In this document: piece after piece, positions 35,812 through 43,431 of the stretch
Layout of the letters: each line of letters opens with the position of its first letter
How positions within the stretch are numbered: position 1 is the first letter of the stretch
Origin: Rhodococcus sp. (in: high G+C Gram-positive bacteria)
Lineage (GTDB): Bacteria; Actinomycetota; Actinomycetes; Mycobacteriales; Mycobacteriaceae
Assembly: GCA_023264675.1 (NCBI GenBank)
Contig: JAHFVG010000019.1
Coordinates: 6,097 to 70,096, forward strand
Length of the DNA stretch: 64,000 nt
Direction of reading: 5' to 3'
Made by a program: the position numbers and the translations under genes
The notes under the pieces: generated by a model
Database searches by the model: none
What the model was told of the DNA's origin: nothing
Seen by the model: only the letters and a program-made list of their open reading frames with translations

Positions 35812-35848
35812 ACGGTATCAACCCGAAAGGCACACGTCCACCGATTTG
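35812..35848 (-). promoter_or_regulatory. Housekeeping-sigma-type promoter TGGACG-N17-TACCGT with an upstream CAAATC element
   Basis: -35 at 35835-35840, -10 at 35812-35817, and an A-rich element at 35843-35848 just upstream of the -35. Confidence 0.45.
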
Positions 35849-35881
35849 ATTTTGGGCACCCTGGCCTGTGGTCGAGCCAGC

Positions 35882-36298
35882 TCAGGTTGCGTCAGGGGCG
35901 AGCGGTCCCAACTCGGTGACGAGTACCTCTTGAACAACGCGCATTGCTGCGAGCGCAGCGGGCGCCCCGCAGTAGCCGGCAGTGTGAATCACGGTTTCGA
36001 CGATCTCCTCGCGCGTCAGCCCGTTGCGCAGTGCGCCGCGCACGTGACCCGCGAGTTCTTCGTGCGCTCGCAACGAAATGAGGATTCCCAGGTTCAGCAG
36101 GCTGCGACTGCGCCTGTCCAGACCGGGCCGCGTCCACACCGCTCCCCACACCGACTCGGTCACGAACGACTGCAAGGCGGCCGAGTCGGTGCCGTCGGCT
36201 TTCGCGAAGGCGCGTTCGACGAAGTCGGCGCCCATCACTTCTCGGCGGACCTTCAATCCTTGTTCGAACTTCTCGTGTGGAGCTGAATCCTGCGTCAT
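35882..36298 (-). CDS. Carboxymuconolactone decarboxylase (CMD/AhpD-like) family protein
   Basis: VWGAVWTRPGLDRRSRSL, ELAGHVRGALRNG, YCGAP. Confidence 0.88.
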   Translation of the reverse strand: MTQDSAPHEKFEQGLKVRREVMGADFVERAFAKADGTDSAALQSFVTESVWGAVWTRPGLDRRSRSLLNLGILISLRAHEELAGHVRGALRNGLTREEIVETVIHTAGYCGAPAALAAMRVVQEVLVTELGPLAPDAT

Positions 36299-36504
36299 GG
36301 TCTCGGTCTCCGTGTGTTCGATGGGTACAGGGGTTTCTCGACCACCCTCGGCGGTGCTTCACACCGTGCAGGTGGTCGAGGTGAGTACAACGTGACCGTC
36401 AGATCATCGTTGCGAAACCCTAACGCGTCGAGCGGCGGGCAAGGTCGTGGCTCGTACGGAACGTACGAATCTGCAACCAGGTTCACGGAGCGGAAGGTCT
36501 TGTC

Positions 36505-37707
36505 ATGACGGTGGACTCCGCCGATGTTCGGACCGCGACCGAGATGCTGTCGCTGACCGAGGCGCGGGCTGTGATCGGACTCGCGGTGTCGCCGTTGCCT
36601 GCCCGCCTTGCGGCAGTCACCGACAGTCTCGGTGCAGGGTTGGCGTCGCCGATACTGGCCGAGGCACCGCTTCCCGCAGTCGATCTGTCGGCGATGGACG
36701 GTTATGCCGTTGCAGGCCCCGGGCCCTGGCGGGTGCGAGACGACGTTCGGACGGCAGGCGGGCCGTCGGTCCCTGCTCTCGTGCCGGGTACAGCCGTGCG
36801 GATCGCCACCGGCGCTCGGCTGCCGCAGGGTGCGGATACCGTCGTCCGCGACGAACATCTGGTGTCCTCGGTTCCGGATGGTCTGATTGCGCGGAAGATG
36901 GGATTCCCGGTCCGTGACGATGTCCGTCGGCGAGGCGAATGCTGGGGCAGTGGGCGCGAGCTGGTTGCAGCCGGAACCCGGGTGTCGACGGCAGTGATCT
37001 CGTCAGCACTGTCAGCGGGGGTGAACGAGGTGTGGGTACGAGGGAAGGTACGCGCACACGTGCTGCTCACCGGTGACGAGATCAGCCGTTCGGACGTTCT
37101 CGACCCCGGCCAGACCCGCGACACCCTCGGTCCGATTCTGCCGACGGTGCTCACCGGCCTCGATATGGCCTGCTCGTTCGTCTCACACGTACGAGACGAC
37201 GAGGGGGCGATGCTTCGCGAGATTCGCGCCGTGGACGAAGTCGACGTTGTCTTTGTCGTCGGGTCGACCGGACGGGGTGCGGCCGACCATCTACGCACCG
37301 GCCTGGGTGCACTCGGGGCGACCACGATCATCGACGGGATCGATATTCGCCCAGGCGGTTCGCTGCTCACCGCAGTGCTCCCTTGCGGTCGCATCGTGAT
37401 CGGATTGCCGGGAAATCCACTGGCCGCTGTCGCATCTCTGTTGGCAATCGGTCCCGCTCTGGTCGTCGCGTTGACCGGCCGCAGGCCGACAGCTCCCGTG
37501 CTGGGCATACTGTCCGGGTACGTGTGCGACGGCTCCGATCGAACCAGGGTGGTGCCGGCGAGTCGGCACATCGACGGGCGGTGGAAGGTCCATCCGTCCG
37601 GATCCACCGCCCACCTTGCGGCTCTCGTCGGTGTCGATGCCTTGGCGATCATCCCGCGAAACCATTGTGACGCAACACCGATAGAGCTGTTGCCCGTCGT
37701 AGTGTGA
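36505..37707 (+). CDS. moeA: Molybdopterin molybdotransferase MoeA
   Basis: SAMDGYAV, IATGARLPQGAD, LTGDE, RPG, GLPGNP. Confidence 0.9.
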   Translation: MTVDSADVRTATEMLSLTEARAVIGLAVSPLPARLAAVTDSLGAGLASPILAEAPLPAVDLSAMDGYAVAGPGPWRVRDDVRTAGGPSVPALVPGTAVRIATGARLPQGADTVVRDEHLVSSVPDGLIARKMGFPVRDDVRRRGECWGSGRELVAAGTRVSTAVISSALSAGVNEVWVRGKVRAHVLLTGDEISRSDVLDPGQTRDTLGPILPTVLTGLDMACSFVSHVRDDEGAMLREIRAVDEVDVVFVVGSTGRGAADHLRTGLGALGATTIIDGIDIRPGGSLLTAVLPCGRIVIGLPGNPLAAVASLLAIGPALVVALTGRRPTAPVLGILSGYVCDGSDRTRVVPASRHIDGRWKVHPSGSTAHLAALVGVDALAIIPRNHCDATPIELLPVVV

Positions 37708-37711
37708 TCGT

Positions 37712-38080
37712 ATGACCGACATGACACCACCGGACGGGGGAGCACTGCTGTTCTCCTATGGAACTTTGCAGCAGCGCGAGGTTCAGATCGCCAACTTCGG
37801 CGGTGTATTGCCGGGTGAGGCCGACGTTCTTCCCGGGCATGCACTGACGGTGTTGCTGATCACCGATCCCGACGTCGTCGCGCTCAGCGGAACCGATCGT
37901 CACCCGATCGTGGCGCCGAGCGACGATCCCGATGCCCGGGTCGACGGGACGGTCTTTGCACTCACCGCCGAGCAACTTGCTGCAGCCGACACCTACGAAG
38001 TTGCCGACTATGCCCGGTTCGAGGTCACCCTCGGCTCCGGTCGGCGCGCGTGGGTTTACCTTGCCGCCGCGCCCCACTGA
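37712..38080 (+). CDS. Gamma-glutamylcyclotransferase family protein
   Basis: LFSYGTL, ADTYE, AWVY. Confidence 0.87.
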   Translation: MTDMTPPDGGALLFSYGTLQQREVQIANFGGVLPGEADVLPGHALTVLLITDPDVVALSGTDRHPIVAPSDDPDARVDGTVFALTAEQLAAADTYEVADYARFEVTLGSGRRAWVYLAAAPH

Positions 38081-38190
38081 TCTCTCGGCGAGCACCGTCG
38101 GCCATCCGTCGATCCTTTCGCAGCGAAGTACTCATAGCGATGTACAACGAGGACGAGGATGAGCACCGTGACGAAATCAGGTGGAGCAGA

Positions 38191-39477
38191 GTGGCACAGG
38201 AGCCGCTGATGCCTGAGCGTCCGCAGGGTTTCGAGCGTCTCGGGCGTTTCCGAAGTCCCTTGCGGGGGCCGTGGTTGACGTCGTTCTTCGGTTCGCTGTT
38301 GTTGTTGGGCCTGCCGATCATCATCCTGACCGGCTTGCTGTCCTATATCGCGTACGGTCCACAATTCGGGCAATCACGGCCGAGCGACGTCGGCTGGTTG
38401 AAACTGCCGACGTTCGACTGGCCGACCGACCCGGCTTGGTTGTATCAACTGACCCAGGGTGTGCACGTCGGACTCGGTCTGGTGATCATTCCTCTCATCC
38501 TCGCAAAGCTCTGGTCGGTGATGCCCAAGCTGACTCAGTGGCCCCCGGTCCGATCGGTAGCGCAACTGCTCGAACGGATTTCGCTTCTCGCTCTGGTCGG
38601 CGGCCTTCTGTTCGAGATCATCACCGGCGTTCTGAACATCCATTACGACTACATCTTCGGTTTCGACTTCTATGCCGCGCACTACTTCGGGGCGTGGGTG
38701 TTCATCGCAGGCTTCGTCGTCCATGTCGTACTCAAAGTTCCGCTGATGTGGCGAACACTGCGTTCGCGCTCACTCATGGAAGTACTGCGGACACGGACCG
38801 AGGACACCGAACCGGAAGAACTCGACGAGGGTGGCCTCGTCTCGCGTGATCCCGCCGCCGTCACCATCGCCCGTCGCGGTGCACTCGGTCTCGTTGCCGC
38901 GGGGACGGCATTCATTGCGGTTCTGACCGTCGGGCAGACGGTGGGCGGGCCGTTGCGCAAAGCTGCCCTCCTGCTCCCACGCGGGCGATCGTACGGTAAC
39001 GGGCCCAACGACTTTCAGATCAACCGGACAGCGCAGGCGGCAGGGATAACCGACGGCGTCACCGGTGCGGAGTGGCAACTCACCCTCTCCAGCACCGATG
39101 ACGACACCTCGGACGTGGTACTGACCCGCGGCCGATTACTGTCGATGCCCCAGCACACTGCCGTACTACCGATCGCCTGCGTCGAAGGGTGGTCGAGTAC
39201 ACAAACCTGGACAGGTGTGCGGCTCGCCGATCTGGCGGTGCTCGCAGGCGTGTCCGATCCGCGGTCCGCGGTCGTGACATCGCTCGAGCAGAGCGGTGCG
39301 TTCAATCGGGCTGTCCTGCAGGGCAATCAGGTGACCCACGCCGACGGACTGCTGGCGTTGAGGGTCAACGGCGACGAGCTTTCACTCGACCACGGTTACC
39401 CCGCTCGGATCATCGTTCCGGCTCTCCCCGGAGTGCACAACACCAAGTGGGTCGCGGCTATCGAGTTCCGAGTCTGA
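38191..39477 (+). CDS. Membrane-bound molybdopterin-dependent oxidoreductase (sulfite oxidase/YedY family) with an N-terminal cytochrome-b-like domain
   Basis: Four TM helices with His, internal RRGALG + TM, IACVEGWS (Mo-Cys), LDHGYPARII.P, KWV. Start is 38191 or 38209. Confidence 0.85.
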   Translation: MAQEPLMPERPQGFERLGRFRSPLRGPWLTSFFGSLLLLGLPIIILTGLLSYIAYGPQFGQSRPSDVGWLKLPTFDWPTDPAWLYQLTQGVHVGLGLVIIPLILAKLWSVMPKLTQWPPVRSVAQLLERISLLALVGGLLFEIITGVLNIHYDYIFGFDFYAAHYFGAWVFIAGFVVHVVLKVPLMWRTLRSRSLMEVLRTRTEDTEPEELDEGGLVSRDPAAVTIARRGALGLVAAGTAFIAVLTVGQTVGGPLRKAALLLPRGRSYGNGPNDFQINRTAQAAGITDGVTGAEWQLTLSSTDDDTSDVVLTRGRLLSMPQHTAVLPIACVEGWSSTQTWTGVRLADLAVLAGVSDPRSAVVTSLEQSGAFNRAVLQGNQVTHADGLLALRVNGDELSLDHGYPARIIVPALPGVHNTKWVAAIEFRV

Positions 39478-39550
39478 TGCTCGGAGACGCGGATGATCTG
39501 CCGACGATCCGACTACCTGCATCCCGGCGTCGGGATCGGCGAACAGTTCT

Positions 39551-40447
39551 TCAGACCCGGAAGTACGAACCGCTTGCCAGATCGTCCAGCAGTGTCGGTC
39601 CCGTCGGTGTCCAGTCGAGGAGATTCCGTGTGATGACGCTCGACGACGACAGGTCCATCGCGAAGAACTGCCCGATGAAGCCGAAATGATCGACTGCTCT
39701 GTCGGCGGCGACGGACGTGACGGGCAGATCGAGTCCGCGACCGATGGCCTCGGCTATCTCCCGGGACGGAACACCTTCTTCGGCGACAGCGTGTAGTCGC
39801 GCACCGGACGGCGCGTGTTCGAGCCCGAGTCGTATCATGGCGGCGGCATCGGTTCGATGGACAGCGGCCCAGCGGGTCGATCCGTCGCCGACGTAGGCCG
39901 ACACACCCTTGGCGCGGGCAACGCCGACGAGGTAGGAGATGAAGCCGTGGTCGCCGTCTCCGTGAACCGTCGGAGAGAAACGTAGTGCGATCGCCTTCAC
40001 CCCCTTCTCCGCGTAGTCGAAGGCAAGGTTCTCAGTGCCACCGCGAGGTGAATCCGGGCCGATAGCGGGGGAGACGTCGTTTTCGGTGGACGGGCGGCCC
40101 ATGGCGAGGCCTGCCACACCGGCGGCGACGAGAAACGGACGGTCCGACCCGGCGAGTACGTCGCACATCGTCTCGACGGCCGCACGTTCGGCACGATTCG
40201 ATTCGGCCGGGTTGGCCCAATCATGCTTGTTGGCAAGATGAATCACGGCGTCCGCGTTCGTTGCTCCCGAGCGAAGACTGTCGAGATCGTCGAGATCGCC
40301 GCGCAAGGCGCCAGCTCCCACGGCGCCCAGTGTCTCGGCGGCTCGGTCGGTGCGGACCAATCCGGTGACCTGGTGACCGGACGCTCGCAAGTGTTCGACT
40401 GTCGCAGAACCGATCCAGCCGGATGCTCCGGTGACGAATACATGCAT
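39551..40447 (-). CDS. Extended/atypical SDR (NAD-dependent epimerase/dehydratase family)
   Basis: TGASGWIG, VIHLAN, WAAVHR.DAA. Confidence 0.88.
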   Translation of the reverse strand: MHVFVTGASGWIGSATVEHLRASGHQVTGLVRTDRAAETLGAVGAGALRGDLDDLDSLRSGATNADAVIHLANKHDWANPAESNRAERAAVETMCDVLAGSDRPFLVAAGVAGLAMGRPSTENDVSPAIGPDSPRGGTENLAFDYAEKGVKAIALRFSPTVHGDGDHGFISYLVGVARAKGVSAYVGDGSTRWAAVHRTDAAAMIRLGLEHAPSGARLHAVAEEGVPSREIAEAIGRGLDLPVTSVAADRAVDHFGFIGQFFAMDLSSSSVITRNLLDWTPTGPTLLDDLASGSYFRV

Positions 40448-40466
40448 CGAATTAGTCTCCTTTGGT

Positions 40467-40514
40467 GATGTCAGCCCCTGACGTCAGCGTACGCCGAACG
40501 TCAGCCGCTGTCAT
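40467..40514. promoter_or_regulatory. Tandem GTCAG-N3-CTG(A/T)C TetR operators
   Basis: GATGTCAGCCCCTGACGTC (40467-40485) and ACGTCAGCCGCTGTCAT lie in the divergent intergenic region. Confidence 0.6.
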
Positions 40515-40521
40515 CACTAGG

Positions 40522-41109
40522 ATGAGTGCCATGGCCAGATGGGAGCCCGGTTCACGGGAGAGATTGAGGGTTGCGGCGCTCGAGCTCTATGTCGCGCGTG
40601 GATTCGAACAGACGACTACCGCCGATATCGCACGCTCGGTCGGTCTCACGGAGCGCACCTTCTTCCGGTATTTCACCGACAAGCGTGAGGTTCTGTTCGG
40701 AGGTCAAGAACAGTTGGAGAAGATCTTCGTCGACGGCATCGCGTCGGCACCGGAGGGTTCCTCGCCTGTCGACGCCGTTGCGCATGCTCTGGAAGCCGCG
40801 GCGGAGTTCTTTCCCGAGGATCACCGCTCGGACGCGCGACAACGTCAGAACGTCATCCTCGCCAACGAAGGCCTGCGTGAACGTGAGCTGCTCAAGATGG
40901 CGCGGCTGTCTCAGTCCATCGCATCGGCACTCCGCGATCGCGGGACGCCCGAGCCTCAGTCGACGCTCGCGGCGGAGGCCGGCGTGACGGTATTCGGTGT
41001 CGCGTTCCGGTTGTGGGTCGAGGCAGGCGAGAAGCGGTCGTTCGCCCAGTTGGAACGAGATGTTCTCGGCGAACTGCAGGGAGTGATCACGCCCGGCCGG
41101 TCGAGCTGA
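40522..41109 (+). CDS. TetR-family regulator
   Basis: RWEPGSRERL, GFEQTTTADIARSVGLTERTFFRYFTDKREVLF. Start is 40522 or 40531. Confidence 0.9.
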   Translation: MSAMARWEPGSRERLRVAALELYVARGFEQTTTADIARSVGLTERTFFRYFTDKREVLFGGQEQLEKIFVDGIASAPEGSSPVDAVAHALEAAAEFFPEDHRSDARQRQNVILANEGLRERELLKMARLSQSIASALRDRGTPEPQSTLAAEAGVTVFGVAFRLWVEAGEKRSFAQLERDVLGELQGVITPGRSS

Positions 41110-41151
41110 GCCGGGCAGGTGTGATCATTGCGTGCCGCCGCGCTGCCCGCG

Positions 41152-41514
41152 TCACCGTTCGAGTCGTTCACGGACCTCGGCAAGGCGTTGCTGTAGTTCG
41201 GCTTCGTCGATGACTCCGTGCGACACGAGTGAATGCGCCAGTGCCACAAGCTGATTCTCAGGATAGGGGAGGGCGGAGTACGTCGACGACGTCAGTGCAT
41301 CCTCCTCGTCGCGCCGAGTCTTGAAGTCGAGGACGTCAGTGCCGCATTCCGAACGATCCAGAACGTCGCACAGAGCATCCAAGCTGGACTTCCACGGCGG
41401 CAGTGGATTGCTCACGCCGTACTTCGTCGCCATTCGGGGCCAGACGTGATCACGGGAAACGATGTCCCGAAGTACGGAGATCTGGGTGGTGAGCTCGGGC
41501 TCGACGTCGGTCAT
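41152..41514 (-). CDS. Thiocyanate hydrolase accessory/activator protein (P15K/NHase-activator-like)
   Basis: Last gene of the scn operon (ATGA overlap); the C-terminal LVSHGVIDEAELQQRLAEVRERLE resembles NHase beta-N/activator helices. Confidence 0.65.
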   Translation of the reverse strand: MTDVEPELTTQISVLRDIVSRDHVWPRMATKYGVSNPLPPWKSSLDALCDVLDRSECGTDVLDFKTRRDEEDALTSSTYSALPYPENQLVALAHSLVSHGVIDEAELQQRLAEVRERLER

Positions 41515-42254
41515 GACTTGTCCTCGGCGCTCGACGCGACCGCGGGGTGTATCGCGGGCCGGGTGGCGGTGATGACGTTCGTGGTCACGCCGGGCTTCGG
41601 GAGTGCTACGCCGATCAGACAGTCTCGGGTGATGATCTCGGACAATTGATCCTCGTTCCAGCCCTCGGTACCGTCAGGCCGCACCGGCATCACCATGAAG
41701 CGGTGCTTCTGATTCGAATCCTGCACTCGAACAGCAATGTCCGCTGGCACGTTCAATCCGAACTCGGACAGGACCTGACGGGGCCAGCGGACCAGTCGCC
41801 GCCGATAATTCGGTGTCCGATACCACTCGGGTGAATTTCCGAGGATCGGTCGTGGATAGCAGGAGCACAGCGCGCAGACGATCACGTTGTGAAGGTCCGG
41901 GGTGTCTTCCAGGATCTCGAACGCCGTGAAGTCACTGGGAGTGCCGAAACCCGTCGGTTCGAGCCAATCGACGCCGACCGCTTTGCTCGCCTCCATCGCG
42001 TCGCTGAGCGCGAGTTGCTTGAACGACTCGTCGAGCCACGCTCTGGCCACCAACCGGGCAGCGGGGGTCGGGCCTATCTGCTCGGCGAATTCCGTGAAAT
42101 GTCGATGCTCCTCGGCGGTGAAAAGCCCTTTCTCGATGCATAATTCGCGAAGGGCGATTTCGAGCACTTCGAAGTCGGTGACTTCGTCGACCATGGGCGC
42201 CACCGTCCGAGCGTGGTCATGGTCATGGTCATGGTCGTGGTGATCATCGGACAT
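41511..42254 (-). CDS. scnC: Thiocyanate hydrolase gamma subunit (Co-binding, NHase alpha homolog)
   Basis: HD-rich N-terminus, VCALCSCYPRPILG.SPEWYR.PNYRRRLVRWPRQVL, closely matching ScnC as I recall it. ATG 42254 follows AGGAGG. Confidence 0.9.
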   Translation of the reverse strand: MSDDHHDHDHDHDHARTVAPMVDEVTDFEVLEIALRELCIEKGLFTAEEHRHFTEFAEQIGPTPAARLVARAWLDESFKQLALSDAMEASKAVGVDWLEPTGFGTPSDFTAFEILEDTPDLHNVIVCALCSCYPRPILGNSPEWYRTPNYRRRLVRWPRQVLSEFGLNVPADIAVRVQDSNQKHRFMVMPVRPDGTEGWNEDQLSEIITRDCLIGVALPKPGVTTNVITATRPAIHPAVASSAEDKS

Positions 42255-43125
42255 GTGCGTCCTCCTGATGAGGGGACTTGGCGCTCTGGGGAACTGCGCG
42301 AAGCCAACGTTCGGGAATCTCGGTCTGGAGGGTGTCGATCGTCGGTCCGGTGTATCCGTGCCACAACGTGGACAGTGAGAATCTGACGACGTAGAACCAC
42401 TCGGCCACGGCGCCGGGCCGATCCCATGTCTCGTCCTCCGGGGCTGGACTCTCGTAGGCCACCGCTGCAATCTCGCCGACGGCACCGCGCACGTATTCCG
42501 GTGTGCGGGTGTAGAAGACGACCGGCAATTCGCGAACCTGCACTGAATCGCCGACTCCGAACCGGGGAATCCCTGCCGTGCCGGCGAACACTTGTGGGTC
42601 GCCTTTTCCGAGGGCGTGAAGATGGTGAGTGTTGCGCTCGACCTGTGAACCGTCGCCGGCGAACTTGGGTTGAGCTTCCGGCAGTGCACCGCCGAGCCCC
42701 CCTGCGAAGCGCTCGGTCACTTCGGCGATTCGGTCGCTGAGCTCGCCGGAGCTCACGTGATGTTTCTCGACGAGAATCCGGGCCACCGCCAGCAGCCATC
42801 GCCCGTAGTACGGAATCCCCAGATATACCGCACGACCCACATCGACGTTACCGATTCGGCGGCGCTCCTCGGACACCCAGATGCCGCGCCAGGCCAGTAC
42901 CTCGCAGATGACGTAGGTCAGGTGTTCCCAGTTCTCGTATTCCTTGTTCTCGTACGTCATCGGAGCATCGGGTTCGCCGCCGACATCGTGAGAGGGCTTC
43001 ATGTACGCCGAAAATCTGGCGTGATCCAGCAGATCCGGAGTCGGGGCATCGGGGAGTTCGGGGTACGCAGACTTCAGTCGCGCCACCAGGTCGAGTTGCT
43101 CTGCACGTTCAGCCGAGTTGGTCAT
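42244..43125 (-). CDS. scnB: Fused thiocyanate hydrolase beta+alpha subunit (NHase-beta-like, SH3-like C-terminus)
   Basis: ScnB-like half: HDVGGE, LAWRGIW..EERRR, YLG.PYYGRWLL. ScnA-like half: GDPQ.F.G, YTRT..Y.RGA.G, YESPA.EDE, EWFY, TEIPERWL. One continuous frame. Confidence 0.87.
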   Translation of the reverse strand: MTNSAERAEQLDLVARLKSAYPELPDAPTPDLLDHARFSAYMKPSHDVGGEPDAPMTYENKEYENWEHLTYVICEVLAWRGIWVSEERRRIGNVDVGRAVYLGIPYYGRWLLAVARILVEKHHVSSGELSDRIAEVTERFAGGLGGALPEAQPKFAGDGSQVERNTHHLHALGKGDPQVFAGTAGIPRFGVGDSVQVRELPVVFYTRTPEYVRGAVGEIAAVAYESPAPEDETWDRPGAVAEWFYVVRFSLSTLWHGYTGPTIDTLQTEIPERWLRAVPQSAKSPHQEDAHVR

Positions 43126-43431
43126 GACAAGACGCTCTCGTGTTCGGGACGATCCAGCTGTCAGTCCTTCAACCGTGGTCGCCGGTCCACCGGGGGATCC
43201 AGCGGACACTCGACCTGGCCGGGCCGTGAAGTACCCGGTCACCTCGATCGTTTCGTCCAATTTCTCATATCGGACGGTCGTGTGCCGCCGAAATGGAAAT
43301 TGCACGTCCCGTCCCGGCTCCCGTTCGCCGCTCAGCCTTGCGCTTGTTCGTCTCTTTCAGCATTGTCGACGGTGACGAGTTCGTCGGACCACATCTGGTC
43401 CGATCGGGGTGATCGAGGGAGATGGTCGAAG

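Noticed and set aside
36337-36469. Hairpins upstream of moeA as a Moco riboswitch
   Set aside because: The stems (CTCGACCACC:GGTGGTCGAG; TCGTACG-GAA-CGTACGA) are real, but I do not see the conserved Moco RNA sequence elements; function is unassigned.
41511-43125. Calling the operon a nitrile hydratase
   Set aside because: YPR instead of YPW after the Cys cluster, the EERRR motif and the overall ScnA/B/C-like sequence favour thiocyanate hydrolase.
36505-43125. Functional link between the sulfite-oxidase-family Mo enzyme and thiocyanate sulfur oxidation
   Set aside because: They are separated by an unrelated SDR/TetR pair and oriented independently; this Mo family is widespread without scn genes, so proximity alone is insufficient.
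43126-43431. Cobalamin, NiCo or guanidine riboswitch, or GlnR box, upstream of the scn operon
   Set aside because: Several short hairpins and GAAAC-like words occur, but none matches a consensus on the correct strand convincingly.
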